Part shown: piece after piece, positions 18,604 through 28,101 of the stretch | Position numbering within the stretch: position 1 is the first letter of the stretch | Layout: each line of letters begins with the position of its first letter | Assembly (NCBI GenBank): GCA_964605645.1 | Contig: CAZSDJ010000001.1 | Coordinates: 20,079-84,078 of the forward strand | Reading direction: 5' to 3' | DNA from: an uncultured Planctomycetia bacterium | GTDB lineage: Bacteria; Omnitrophota; Gorgyraeia; Duberdicusellales; 4484-171 | Length of the DNA: 64,000 bases | Notes under the pieces: model-generated | The model's database searches: none | The model's input: the letters and a program-made list of their open reading frames with translations, nothing else | What the model was told of the DNA's origin: nothing | Program-made: the position numbers and the translations under genes

Positions 18604-20265
18604 ATGATCCAATCGCTTCGCTGGAAATTAAAAGACGTTTTAGGTAAAAGTAAACACTTTTCATCTCAACTTAAAATAAATTCCTTGGCAGCAGATATTT
18701 TGGTAAGCCGGGGCATAAAGCCAAATCAAATCAATTCTTTTTTAAATTCTTCTGTAAAGGATCTCTTTTCTCCTCAGTTACTTCCGAATATAAATAAAGC
18801 CAAACAAAGAATAAATGAAGCGATAAAAAAGAAAGAAAAGGTAATGGTGTTGGGTGATTATGATGTTGATGGAGTTATTTCTTTGGCTATATTTTATCAA
18901 TTTAGCAAAAACTATCCTCATGCTTTTTCTTTTTATATACCGCATCGAGTGAAAGAAGGTTATGGTTTGACTAAAGATGTCGTGGAACAAGCTCAAAAAG
19001 AAGGTAAAAAATTAATTATTGCTTTTGATTGCGGTACAAATTCTTACAGTGAAATCGAATATGCCAAATCTTTGAATATAGATATTGTGGTTATAGATCA
19101 TCATTTACCGAAAGAGAAGCTCCCTAATCCGGTAGCTTTGGTAAATCCAAGAATAAAAAAATCAAAATATCCTTTTTTTGATTTGCCGGCTGCAGGCTTG
19201 ACTTTTAAACTTCTTCAATTCCTTGAGGAAGATGATTGCTATCAAGTTTTGGATTTGGTAGCTTTATCAATAGTATGTGATGTTGTACCTCTGCTGGGAG
19301 AAAACCGAATTCTACTCAAAGAAGGGATTAAACATTTACGAAAAAGTAATAGAGCCGGGATCAAAGCACTATGTCAAATTGCAAAAATTAATCAAAAGAA
19401 TATAAATAATTTTCATATTGGTTTTATTCTCGGCCCGCGGATAAATGCTTCAGGCAGGATTGCTCATGCCAAAGATGCTTTAGAACTTTTTTTGACAGAA
19501 GATTTAGAAAAGGCTAAGAAAGTTGCTTTAAAACTTAATAAATATAATCAGTTAAGAAAGAATGTGGAAAAGCAGATCTTAAGAGAAGCTGAAGAGATAA
19601 TAAAGAATAATCTTTGCGGAGAACATGCTTTAGTTATTGGTAGCGATGGTTGGCACCCAGGTGTATTGGGGATTGTGGCTTCACGGCTTAAAGATAGATA
19701 CAGACGCCCCTCTTTTGTGGTTTCTTTTGACAAAGGGATCGCTAAAGGGTCGGGCCGTTCAACTGAAGAAATTCACTTAATGGAGATGCTTGATCAATGT
19801 TCGCACTCTTTGAGCTCTTATGGCGGCCATAAAAAAGCAGTGGGTATGGAGTTAAAGCAAAATAATTTAGATGATTTTCGAAAAAGCATCAATGAAGCTA
19901 TTAAAAAGAATATTGATTTAAAAGATTCTATTTCTTTTTTAGAAATAGATGCAAAATTGAATTTTCAGCAAATTAATATTGATCTAGTTCAGGATATGGA
20001 ATTATTGCAGCCATACGGAGAAGGCAACCCAAAACCGATTTTTCTTGTCCAAGGGGTAACCAAGAAAAAAGGTATCGAAAAAAATAGATATCGATATTCT
20101 CTCTGGCTCACTGCGGGAAACCGAACTTTCGAAGCTATTATTTACAACAAAGATTTGGCTGAAATTATGAATTATGGAAAAGAATTTGATATAGTTTTTT
20201 CTTTAGATAAAGATAATTACCACAACAATCCCCGCTTAATCTTAAGAGACTGCCGGCTTGCTTAG
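18604..20265 (+). CDS. recJ: single-stranded-DNA-specific exonuclease RecJ
   Basis: DHH motifs are present (VLGDYDVDGVIS, VVIDHH, GGH), with a DHHA1 region and a C-terminal OB-fold segment. Confidence 0.9.
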   Translation: MIQSLRWKLKDVLGKSKHFSSQLKINSLAADILVSRGIKPNQINSFLNSSVKDLFSPQLLPNINKAKQRINEAIKKKEKVMVLGDYDVDGVISLAIFYQFSKNYPHAFSFYIPHRVKEGYGLTKDVVEQAQKEGKKLIIAFDCGTNSYSEIEYAKSLNIDIVVIDHHLPKEKLPNPVALVNPRIKKSKYPFFDLPAAGLTFKLLQFLEEDDCYQVLDLVALSIVCDVVPLLGENRILLKEGIKHLRKSNRAGIKALCQIAKINQKNINNFHIGFILGPRINASGRIAHAKDALELFLTEDLEKAKKVALKLNKYNQLRKNVEKQILREAEEIIKNNLCGEHALVIGSDGWHPGVLGIVASRLKDRYRRPSFVVSFDKGIAKGSGRSTEEIHLMEMLDQCSHSLSSYGGHKKAVGMELKQNNLDDFRKSINEAIKKNIDLKDSISFLEIDAKLNFQQINIDLVQDMELLQPYGEGNPKPIFLVQGVTKKKGIEKNRYRYSLWLTAGNRTFEAIIYNKDLAEIMNYGKEFDIVFSLDKDNYHNNPRLILRDCRLA

Positions 20266-20490
20266 GGCTATCTCAACTTTACCTTTTTTTAGGCATTTAG
20301 TGCAGACTAAAACTTTTTTTATTTTGCCCTGATGGATTATCTTTTTTGGTTGTAAGTTTGGGCGGAATTTTCTTTTATTGATACCGGTTGTTTTTTTACC
20401 TACTCCGCCTTGTTTTTTTGCTTTACCTTTGCGGGATATAGAATTACCGGTTATGGCTTTTTTTTCACAAACAAAACATTTTCTACTCAT
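20242..20490 (-). CDS. rpmB: 50S ribosomal protein L28
   Basis: MSRKCFVCEKKAITGNSISRKG...KRKFRPNLQ matches the L28 consensus (MSR.C..C.K....GN..SH..N..KR.F.PNLQ). A GGAGG RBS lies 7 nt upstream of the ATG on the minus strand. Confidence 0.8.
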   Translation of the reverse strand: MSRKCFVCEKKAITGNSISRKGKAKKQGGVGKKTTGINKRKFRPNLQPKKIIHQGKIKKVLVCTKCLKKGKVEIALSKPAVS

Positions 20491-20568
20491 AGTTTCCTCC
20501 GTTTAGCAAAGACTAATATACTAATATATTTGATATTGTCAAGATTTATATGATAATTTTATAAATTT

Positions 20569-22506
20569 TTATATTTCACGGCGCAGTTGATTTTCAGCAT
20601 CAATGACATCCCGTTTTGTTTTTTTGATGCAATAACTGATATTATTTTTTAAAGCATAGTTTACTTGTTCTGCTTTTTGTAATTGTCGCAAAACTTGAAG
20701 AGCCATTCGGAAATATCTAACAATCGTTCCTTCGTCGATATTTGAATCTTTAATTAATTTATTAAATTGAGCCCCTTGAAACCAGAGCCGAGCTGGTTCA
20801 GTTAAATGAAAGAAGAGTTTTTTAGTTTGAGGGTATATTCGATACTTTTTTTCAATTTCTTGAATTTTTTTAATTATTTTATTTGTTTCGTGTCTTATCG
20901 TTTTTGTTTTTTTGTCTAATTTAGGCCGTTTCTGGCCTTTACGGGGTTCGTACACTAAGGCTATTATCAGGATCCATAGTTCTTTAGGGTTTAATTTATT
21001 TAAATAATTAGCCTCAAACAGTTCCCCTATTGTTAATTCAAAACTATAAACGCCGGATGCAAGCTTTGCTTTTGCTGTCAATTTTTTTTGCACAATATAA
21101 TTTAGAGCTTGGAGAAGAGAAACTTTATTTTTTATATTTTCAAGCATTTTTCTTTGCGGCCAGGGGTTGCTTTGGTAAAAATGAAAAGATTTAGGATATA
21201 TTTGGTAAAGTGTTTCTCCCATATAAGACCAAAGATTAAGAATTGTTGCATAGCATGAATTTAATTGGCTCATGATTGGTTCATATTTACCGTAAATGAT
21301 ATGCCCCAGAGATAATTGGTCAATATGAGAAGGATTAACGCGAGTGTAAACAAAACCTTCTTTATCAATCCCTCTTCGTCCTGCCCGGCCGGCCATTTGG
21401 TAAAAATCGCGAGTTTTAAGATAGCGGTGATAGCGGCCATAGAACTTGCTTACCGAGTCAAAAATTACACTTTTAGCCGGCATATTAATACCTAAAGCGA
21501 AAGTTTCTGTAGTAAATATTAATTTTATTAAGCCGGTTGTAAATAGTTGTTCGATGATTTCTTTAACAGTTGGCAACAGGCCGGCATGGTGATAAGCAAT
21601 TCCTTTACGCAAAATCGGCCTTAAATTATTGATATGAGGTGAATTTGATGTATCGTATTTTTGGATAAGTTCATCAAACAATTGATCAATGCGAGTTTTA
21701 TCTTCTTCAGAAACAAAGCTCAGAGAGCTAAGCTCGCAGGCAAGTTCTTCACAACGCCGGCGAGAAAAAGAAAAATAAATAGCCGGATAAGCTTTTTTTT
21801 GGCGAATATATTTTACCAAAGTTTTTATCCTATTAGGGCTGGTGGAACGATATTCTTCTTTATAAGAACGGTGTTTAATCTTTCGAGAAAAATAGGGAGT
21901 TTGTTGTAATTTTTTGAAATTTGTAAATATTTTATTATTGCATTGAAAGAAAAAATGAAGAGGCACCGGCCTTTTCTGTTCAATAACTACCTTAATGGGA
22001 TGTTTATGAACTTTCTTCAGCCAACCGGAGAATTCTCGTGAGTTAGGGATAGTCGCACTTAAGGCTAACATTTTCATGTTGGGTGGAAGCAGAATCAAGG
22101 CTTCTTCCCATACGGTACCGCGTTCTATATCATCAAGGTAATGAATTTCATCAAATATTACCCAATTAATCCTTTTAAATTCTTTTGGATTTACCATTAT
22201 TGCATTTCTAAATATTTCAGTAGTCATAATCAAAATTGGTGCATTTCGGTTAATGCTAACATCACCGGTAACTATCCCTACTTGATTAGGGTATTTGTGG
22301 GAAAAATCACGGAATTTTTGGTTGCTCAAGGCTTTTATCGGCGCAGTGTAGATTATCCCTTCATCTTTTTTGATACAGTCTTCCATCAGTCTTTCTGCTA
22401 TTAAGGTTTTGCCAGATCCGGTGGGGGCACTGACAATTACTGAATTTTGATTTTTCGTAAATTCAATAGATTTTTTTTGAAAAGGGTCTAATTTAAATTG
22501 TTTCAT
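20569..22506 (-). CDS. SF2 DEAD/DEAH-box helicase (Ski2/HelY-like)
   Basis: Walker A APTGSGKT, DEIH box (VIFDEIHYL), SAT (LSATIPN), motif VI QMAGRAGRRG. Reading the minus strand shows it is co-directional with, and upstream of, rpmB. Confidence 0.75.
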   Translation of the reverse strand: MKQFKLDPFQKKSIEFTKNQNSVIVSAPTGSGKTLIAERLMEDCIKKDEGIIYTAPIKALSNQKFRDFSHKYPNQVGIVTGDVSINRNAPILIMTTEIFRNAIMVNPKEFKRINWVIFDEIHYLDDIERGTVWEEALILLPPNMKMLALSATIPNSREFSGWLKKVHKHPIKVVIEQKRPVPLHFFFQCNNKIFTNFKKLQQTPYFSRKIKHRSYKEEYRSTSPNRIKTLVKYIRQKKAYPAIYFSFSRRRCEELACELSSLSFVSEEDKTRIDQLFDELIQKYDTSNSPHINNLRPILRKGIAYHHAGLLPTVKEIIEQLFTTGLIKLIFTTETFALGINMPAKSVIFDSVSKFYGRYHRYLKTRDFYQMAGRAGRRGIDKEGFVYTRVNPSHIDQLSLGHIIYGKYEPIMSQLNSCYATILNLWSYMGETLYQIYPKSFHFYQSNPWPQRKMLENIKNKVSLLQALNYIVQKKLTAKAKLASGVYSFELTIGELFEANYLNKLNPKELWILIIALVYEPRKGQKRPKLDKKTKTIRHETNKIIKKIQEIEKKYRIYPQTKKLFFHLTEPARLWFQGAQFNKLIKDSNIDEGTIVRYFRMALQVLRQLQKAEQVNYALKNNISYCIKKTKRDVIDAENQLRREI

Positions 22507-22555
22507 ATTATTTTATTATAACAGAATTTATTAGTTAAAAAAGGAGAGCATAAAT

Positions 22556-22641
22556 TGGTGCCGGAGAAGGGACTTGAACCCTTACCTTCTTACGAAGACG
22601 GGATTTTGAATCCCGCGCGTCTGCCATTCCGCCACTCCGGC
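22556..22641 (-). tRNA. tRNA-Leu (anticodon CAA), type II, CCA encoded
   Basis: Minus-strand sense is GCCGGAGTGGCGGAATGGCAGACGCGCGGGATTCAAAATCCCG...CTCCGGCACCA. Anticodon loop TTCAAAA, long variable hairpin CTTC-GTAA-GAAG, T-arm AAGGG-TTCAAGT-CCCTT. Confidence 0.85.
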
Positions 22642-22718
22642 GAGTTAGCTTATAGCTAATAGTTTATGGCTAATGGTTAGTCAGTCGTGAATTATTAATA
22701 TAACAACGCTATTTATCT

Positions 22719-22754
22719 TTGTCAATTGACAATTTCTTATTGAGATGATAATAT
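22719..22754 (+). promoter_or_regulatory. sigma70-like promoter with palindromic -35: TTGTCAATTGACAA (perfect 14-bp palindrome), 17-bp spacer, -10 TAATAT
   Basis: TTGACA lies at 22726-22731, the 17-nt spacer at 22732-22748 and TAATAT at 22749-22754. The predicted TSS is about 20 nt before the tRNA-Ala-like 5' fragment at 22781. Confidence 0.5.
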
Positions 22755-22780
22755 TCAATAAACTTAACCAAACTGGAAAT

Positions 22781-22802
22781 GGGGCCGTAGTTCAGCTGGG
22801 AG
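22781..22802 (+). pseudogene. tRNA-Ala 5' fragment (22-nt exact duplicate of the first 22 nt of the downstream tRNA-Ala)
   Basis: GGGGCCGTAGTTCAGCTGGGAG is identical to 22915-22936 and then diverges. It is followed by the hairpin CTTGAC-gaa-GTCAAG (22812-22826). Confidence 0.55.
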
Positions 22803-22914
22803 CCAATTCTTCTTGACGAAGTCAAGTTTTATATAATAATTAATTTAGAATTGCCTCCAAATATTTGATAGGGTCAATTTGTTTTACTGAAAGTATTAAT
22901 TATAAGTAGTTAAT

Positions 22915-22987
22915 GGGGCCGTAGTTCAGCTGGGAGAACGCTACACTGGCAGTGTAGAGGCCAGGGGTTCAAGTCCCCTCGGCTCCA
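22915..22987 (+). tRNA. tRNA-Ala (anticodon GGC)
   Basis: Acceptor GGGGCCG/CGGCTCC includes the G3:U70 Ala identity pair. D-stem GTTC/GAAC, anticodon stem CTACA/TGTAG with loop CTGGCAG, T-arm AGGGG-TTCAAGT-CCCCT, discriminator A. Confidence 0.85.
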
Positions 22988-23030
22988 TAATTATAAAAGA
23001 ATCAGATAATTGTAAAATAGAGGGGATTAA

Positions 23031-23897
23031 TTGTTGAAATTAGGCGCTCATATGTCAATTGCAGGCGGTATTGCGAAATCAATTGAAAGGGCAGAGGCGC
23101 TTGGCTGTAATGTCATGCAGATATTTGCCCGTAATCCCCGTCAGTGGCGAAAAAAATCTTTAACGAGAGAGGATATTGAAGCATTTAAAGCAAAAAGAAA
23201 AGAATCAAATATAAAATTCGTTGTTGTTCATATCCCTTATATTCTTAATCTGGCATCTTCGCAAAAAAGTTTTCATAAAATAACTATTAGAGAATTTACG
23301 AAAGATTTAATAGAAGCGGATAAGTTGGGAGCAGATTATTTGGTAACCCATATGGGGTCTTATAAAAAAAGTACTGAAGATTCCGGCCTTGCGAAAATAA
23401 TTGAAGCTTTAAACCTAATTTTAGAAAATGCAAAAGGGGGGAAAACTAAACTTCTTCTGGAAAATACTGCCGGATCAGGAAGTTGGCTTGGCTATAAATT
23501 TTCTCATTTTAGAATTATTTTTGATAAAATAAAGATGCAAAATCGTTTGGGAATTTGCTTAGATACTGCTCATGCTTGGGCAGCCGGGTATAAAATTAAT
23601 GAAGAGAAGGGTGTTGCAGCACTACTTGCGGAAATGGAAAAAGAAGTTGGCATAGATAAATTAAAAGTAATACATCTCAATGATACGAAGGTTGAATTGG
23701 GTTCACGGCTGGATAGGCATTTTCATATCGGCAAAGGTAATATTGAGAAAAAAGGATTTAATTATATTGTAAATCATCCCAAATTAAAAAATCTCGTTTT
23801 CATTCTAGAAACTCCTAAAGAAAATGAAGAAGATGATTTAAGAAATTTAATGATGGTGCAAAACATTTTTGATAATGGAATACAAAAAAGCAATTGA
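23031..23897 (+). CDS. nfo: endonuclease IV (AP endonuclease family 2)
   Basis: LGAHMSIAGG, the HIPYILNLAS and LLENTAGSGS metal-ligand blocks, and TAHAWAAGY. TTG start. Confidence 0.9.
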   Translation: MLKLGAHMSIAGGIAKSIERAEALGCNVMQIFARNPRQWRKKSLTREDIEAFKAKRKESNIKFVVVHIPYILNLASSQKSFHKITIREFTKDLIEADKLGADYLVTHMGSYKKSTEDSGLAKIIEALNLILENAKGGKTKLLLENTAGSGSWLGYKFSHFRIIFDKIKMQNRLGICLDTAHAWAAGYKINEEKGVAALLAEMEKEVGIDKLKVIHLNDTKVELGSRLDRHFHIGKGNIEKKGFNYIVNHPKLKNLVFILETPKENEEDDLRNLMMVQNIFDNGIQKSN

Positions 23898-26304
23898 CAA
23901 AAAGTGGCAAGATTTTTGGCAAACAAATAATACTTTTAAAGTTTGCGTTAAAGATTTTAAAAAACCAAAATATTATTGCCTGGTAATGTTTCCTTATCCC
24001 TCTAGCGAATTGCATGTGGGCCACGGCCGTAACTATATAATAGGAGATGCCGTTGCCAGATATAAGAGGATGCGGGGGTTTTCTGTTTTAAATCCGATGG
24101 GCTGGGATGCTTTTGGCCTTCCGGCTGAAAACCAGGCGATTAAACGTAATATCCACCCCCGTACTTGGACTTTAAAAAATATAAAAAAAATAACCGAACA
24201 ACTCAAAAGTTGGGGGATAAGTTATGATTGGGAAAAAGAAATTACAACTTGTTTCCCGCAATATTATCGTTGGACTCAGTGGTTATTTTTAAAGCTTTAT
24301 AAACAGGGCTTAGCTTACAAAAGAGAAGCTCCGGTTAATTGGTGCGAGTCTTGTAAAACAGTTTTGGCTAACGAACAAGTGGTAGAGGGAAAGTGTGAAA
24401 GATGTTCCAGTGAAGTAATACAGAAAAATTTAAAGCAATGGTTTTTTAAAATCACAGATTATGCAGAACGCTTATTAAATGATTTAAAAAAATTAAAAGA
24501 ATGGCCCCAAAGAGTCAAGTTGATGCAGAAAAACTGGATTGGTAAATCGACTGGTGTAAATATAAAATTTCCGGTAGAAGGGATAAGCTCTCCCTTACAA
24601 TGTTTTACAACTAGAGTAGATACAATTTTTGGAGCTACTTTTTTAGCTTTGAATTTTAACCATCCCACAGTCATAAAGTTAATTGAAGATTTACCGGAAA
24701 AGGAAGAAATATTAAATTTTATAAGTCAAATTAAAAAAGAAGAGTCATCTTTAGCCTACAGCCAAGATTTTGAAAAAAAGGGTATTTTTACTGATAAGTT
24801 TGCAATAAACCCTATAACTGGCGAAAAGATACCGATTTGGATTGCTAATTATATCTTATCTGGATATGGCCCAGGAGCGATAATGTGTGTTCCGGCTCAC
24901 GATAAGAGAGATTTTGAATTTGCTAAAAAATACCAATTGCCGATTAAAAAAGTTATTCAAGGCGAAAAGGCTAACGAAGAAGAGTTTTATGAAGGAGAAG
25001 GCAGTTTAATTAATTCCGGCGATTTTAATGGATTAAGCTCTGGGACTGCTAAAGAAAAAATAGCAGATTTCATGGAAAAAGAAAAGATTGGAGTTCGTGA
25101 AATTAACTTTCGCCTTAAAGATTGGTTAGTATCCCGACAGCGGTATTGGGGGGCGCCGATACCAATAATTTATTGTAAAAATTGTGGAGAAGTAGCAGTA
25201 GCAGAGAAAGATTTACCAGTATTGCTACCCGAAGTTGATAAGTTTTTACCTACCGGAAAATCCCCTTTGGCTGAAAGTAAAGAATTTATTCAAGTTAGGT
25301 GCCCCAATTGTGGCGGTGAAGCAGAAAGAGAGACAGACACTATGGATACTTTTGTTGATTCCAGTTGGTATTATCTTCGTTATATTTCACCAAAAGAAGA
25401 AAGCGTTCCTTTTGTTAAAGAGGATGTTAACAATTGGCTCCCTGTCGACCAGTATATCGGCGGGGTAGAACATGCAATATTACACCTGATGTATTCACGG
25501 TTTATAACTAAATTTTTAGCTGATCAAGAAGAAATAAGCTTTGATGAACCTTTTACGCGGTTATTTACTCAAGGGATGATTATTAAAGATGGGGCGAAGA
25601 TGTCTAAATCAAAGGGTAACGTAGTTGCTCCTGATTATATTATTGATAAATACGGGGCAGATACAATGCGTTTATATATATTATTTATGGGCCCACCGCA
25701 AAAAGAAGCTATTTGGCAAGATGAGGCTTTAGGCGGCAGTTATCGGTTTTTGCAAAGGGCTTTGCGATTAGTGGATAGTTTAGTTGATTTTAAACAGAAA
25801 AAAATAAACCCTAAGCAAGAAAATATCCTAATACGAAAAATACATTCAACTATTTTTGAAGTAACCCAAGACTTAGAAGGTAATTTTCAGTTTAATACAG
25901 CAATTAGCAGAATAATGGAATTAGTGAATCAAATATATAAATCCATTCAGGCCGGGATAAAAAAAGATTTATTAGCTGAAGCTATTGATACTGTTTTTCT
26001 CCTGCTTTCGCCTTTTACCCCTCATGTCAGCGAGGAGGTTAACAGTCTTTTAGGCAATAAGGGAACAATTTTTGATCGCAATTGGCCTAAAGTAAATTTA
26101 AAATTATTAAAGAAAGAAGAAGGGGAAGTGGCAATACTGGTAAATGGAAAAGTAAAAGATAAAATGGTTATTGATTTTAGCCTTTCCAAGCAGAAGATAG
26201 AGGAAAAAGCTTTAGCTACTGATAAAATAAAAAAAACAATTTCCGATAAACCGGTTAAAAAAATTATTTATATTCAAGAAAAAATCGTCAATATTGTAAT
26301 TTAA
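23875..26304 (+). CDS. leuS: leucine--tRNA ligase
   Basis: HVGHGRNYIIGD is the HIGH motif, KMSKSKGN is KMSKS, and the CP1 editing domain and a zinc-finger-like CxxC..CxxC are present. ATG 23875 is preferred over TTG 23869. Confidence 0.95.
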   Translation: MEYKKAIDKKWQDFWQTNNTFKVCVKDFKKPKYYCLVMFPYPSSELHVGHGRNYIIGDAVARYKRMRGFSVLNPMGWDAFGLPAENQAIKRNIHPRTWTLKNIKKITEQLKSWGISYDWEKEITTCFPQYYRWTQWLFLKLYKQGLAYKREAPVNWCESCKTVLANEQVVEGKCERCSSEVIQKNLKQWFFKITDYAERLLNDLKKLKEWPQRVKLMQKNWIGKSTGVNIKFPVEGISSPLQCFTTRVDTIFGATFLALNFNHPTVIKLIEDLPEKEEILNFISQIKKEESSLAYSQDFEKKGIFTDKFAINPITGEKIPIWIANYILSGYGPGAIMCVPAHDKRDFEFAKKYQLPIKKVIQGEKANEEEFYEGEGSLINSGDFNGLSSGTAKEKIADFMEKEKIGVREINFRLKDWLVSRQRYWGAPIPIIYCKNCGEVAVAEKDLPVLLPEVDKFLPTGKSPLAESKEFIQVRCPNCGGEAERETDTMDTFVDSSWYYLRYISPKEESVPFVKEDVNNWLPVDQYIGGVEHAILHLMYSRFITKFLADQEEISFDEPFTRLFTQGMIIKDGAKMSKSKGNVVAPDYIIDKYGADTMRLYILFMGPPQKEAIWQDEALGGSYRFLQRALRLVDSLVDFKQKKINPKQENILIRKIHSTIFEVTQDLEGNFQFNTAISRIMELVNQIYKSIQAGIKKDLLAEAIDTVFLLLSPFTPHVSEEVNSLLGNKGTIFDRNWPKVNLKLLKKEEGEVAILVNGKVKDKMVIDFSLSKQKIEEKALATDKIKKTISDKPVKKIIYIQEKIVNIVI

Positions 26305-26310
26305 AATTAA

Positions 26311-26640
26311 ATGTTTTCCTTAAGCCCGCCTGAGAAAAAAATTCTAATAGCAATAGCCTTTATTATTTTTCTCGGCATAACGATTCGTTACTTTAACTTA
26401 GAAGTAAAGGATAGTGACAACAATCTCCAACCTGCCGCTAAGCAATTTCAAGCTATCAATATAAATCAAGCTGACTCAAATAAGCTTCAAGAAATTTCTG
26501 GTATCGGCCCTGTGTTATCATCACAGATTATAGAGCATAGAGAAACTAAAGGGCCTTTTCAAACAATCGATGATTTAAAAAAAGTAAAAGGAATTGGCGA
26601 AAAGAAAGCAAAAATAATTGCAGAGTATATTAAATTTTAG
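26311..26640 (+). CDS. comEA: ComEA-family helix-hairpin-helix DNA-binding protein
   Basis: An N-terminal TM is followed by INQADSNKLQEISGIGPVLSSQIIEHRETKGPF..DLKKVKGIGEKKAKI, which is a tandem HhH. Confidence 0.85.
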   Translation: MFSLSPPEKKILIAIAFIIFLGITIRYFNLEVKDSDNNLQPAAKQFQAININQADSNKLQEISGIGPVLSSQIIEHRETKGPFQTIDDLKKVKGIGEKKAKIIAEYIKF

Positions 26641-26643
26641 TTC

Positions 26644-28101
26644 ATGAATGCACATAAACAATTAGCGAAAACATTTAATTTTTTTATTTTTATACTTCTC
26701 ATTATTGGGATTATTTTAGGCAATGTATTTTCCTCTTATTTTTTCTTTTCTTTTCTTTTTATTTTATTGGGTGCTTTGGCTTATTTTTTAATTAAAAAAA
26801 ATAAAGTTTTGTTTTCTGAGATAAGTATTTCTTGCTTAGCTGTTTGTTTAGGTGCCTTATTATTTTTATCTTTTAATTATAACCAAATAAATAATTTTTT
26901 ACACACTAGGCAAAAAGCAACAATCAAAGTACTTTCATTGCCGCAAGAAAAAAGTAAGAGAAATATTTTTTTAGCCGAAATTATAAAGATAGGCGGTTAT
27001 CGCAAGCCATTCAAGGTAAAAGTTTTTGATTATTCGAAAAAAATGGATTATCTAAATAAATATCAGCTGCAAGCAAAATTAACCAAAAGAATATATCACA
27101 ATAAAAATTTTTACTATCTTTGGGTTAAAAAAAATACAAAGATAAAAAAGCTGCCTTTATCTTTGTGGGAAAGAGCAATTAAATGGGCTAATAATTATTG
27201 TTTGGCAGTTTTTGAAAATAATTGCACCCAAAGTACAAAAAACTTTTTAGCAGCAATATTTTTAGGCCGAAAAGAATTGATCGGCAAAGAAAAAGAATTT
27301 ATGCAAAATGCCGGCCTTTCCCATCTTTTGGCAATCAGCGGCTTACACGTTGGCTTGATTTCTTTGATTTTATTTTATTTTTTAAGATTTTTCCAGATAA
27401 GTTTTCGGACCATACTTTTTATTTTATCAATTTTTCTTATTTTTTATGTTGTTGCCACCGGATTTAGGCCCTCAACTCAGAGAGCTGTTTTGATGTATCT
27501 TGTTTTTGCTCTCGGCTTTTTGATGAAAAGAAAAATCGAAGTATTAAATTCATTGGGGCTTGCCGGTGTAATTCTATTGTTATTTTCACCAAACATTATT
27601 TATGATATCGGATTTCAACTTTCTTTTTTGGCGGTTTTTGGTATTGTGCTGGGATTTAAGATTTTTCCTTACAAGCAACAGAGTAATCTTTTGATCAATT
27701 ATATAAAACAAATTTTTCTTTGTTCTGTATTTGTCACCTTATTTACTTTGCCGGTTGTATCTTTTTATTTTGGAAAAATTTATGTGATGAGTATCTTTTA
27801 CAATATTGCCTTAATCCCTATATTTACTTTTATTCTTCTCATGAATTTATTGCTATTGCTGGTATCTCCTTTTGCTTTTTTCACAAAAAGCTTGGGGGTT
27901 GTTTTATCTTGGCTAGTTTATATTTTTCAAAGCTTAGCAAAGATTTTTGGCTCTTTTTCTTACTCTTATCTTTCCTACTCCTTTTCGTTTCCAGGGATTT
28001 TTATTTATTATTTATTTTTGTCTGCCGCAATAGTTTTATTTTTAAATCGCAAATCAGATTTTCTAAGAAAACAGAAACTCAACGAAATTCAGACGCTTTA
28101 G
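26644..28101 (+). CDS. comEC: ComEC/Rec2 family DNA internalisation channel (competence domain only, no beta-lactamase-like domain)
   Basis: Polytopic membrane protein. MQNAGLSHLLAISGLHVGLI is the conserved competence-domain motif. The last 8 codons and stop are encoded by the left arm of repeat A1. Confidence 0.85.
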   Translation: MNAHKQLAKTFNFFIFILLIIGIILGNVFSSYFFFSFLFILLGALAYFLIKKNKVLFSEISISCLAVCLGALLFLSFNYNQINNFLHTRQKATIKVLSLPQEKSKRNIFLAEIIKIGGYRKPFKVKVFDYSKKMDYLNKYQLQAKLTKRIYHNKNFYYLWVKKNTKIKKLPLSLWERAIKWANNYCLAVFENNCTQSTKNFLAAIFLGRKELIGKEKEFMQNAGLSHLLAISGLHVGLISLILFYFLRFFQISFRTILFILSIFLIFYVVATGFRPSTQRAVLMYLVFALGFLMKRKIEVLNSLGLAGVILLLFSPNIIYDIGFQLSFLAVFGIVLGFKIFPYKQQSNLLINYIKQIFLCSVFVTLFTLPVVSFYFGKIYVMSIFYNIALIPIFTFILLMNLLLLLVSPFAFFTKSLGVVLSWLVYIFQSLAKIFGSFSYSYLSYSFSFPGIFIYYLFLSAAIVLFLNRKSDFLRKQKLNEIQTL

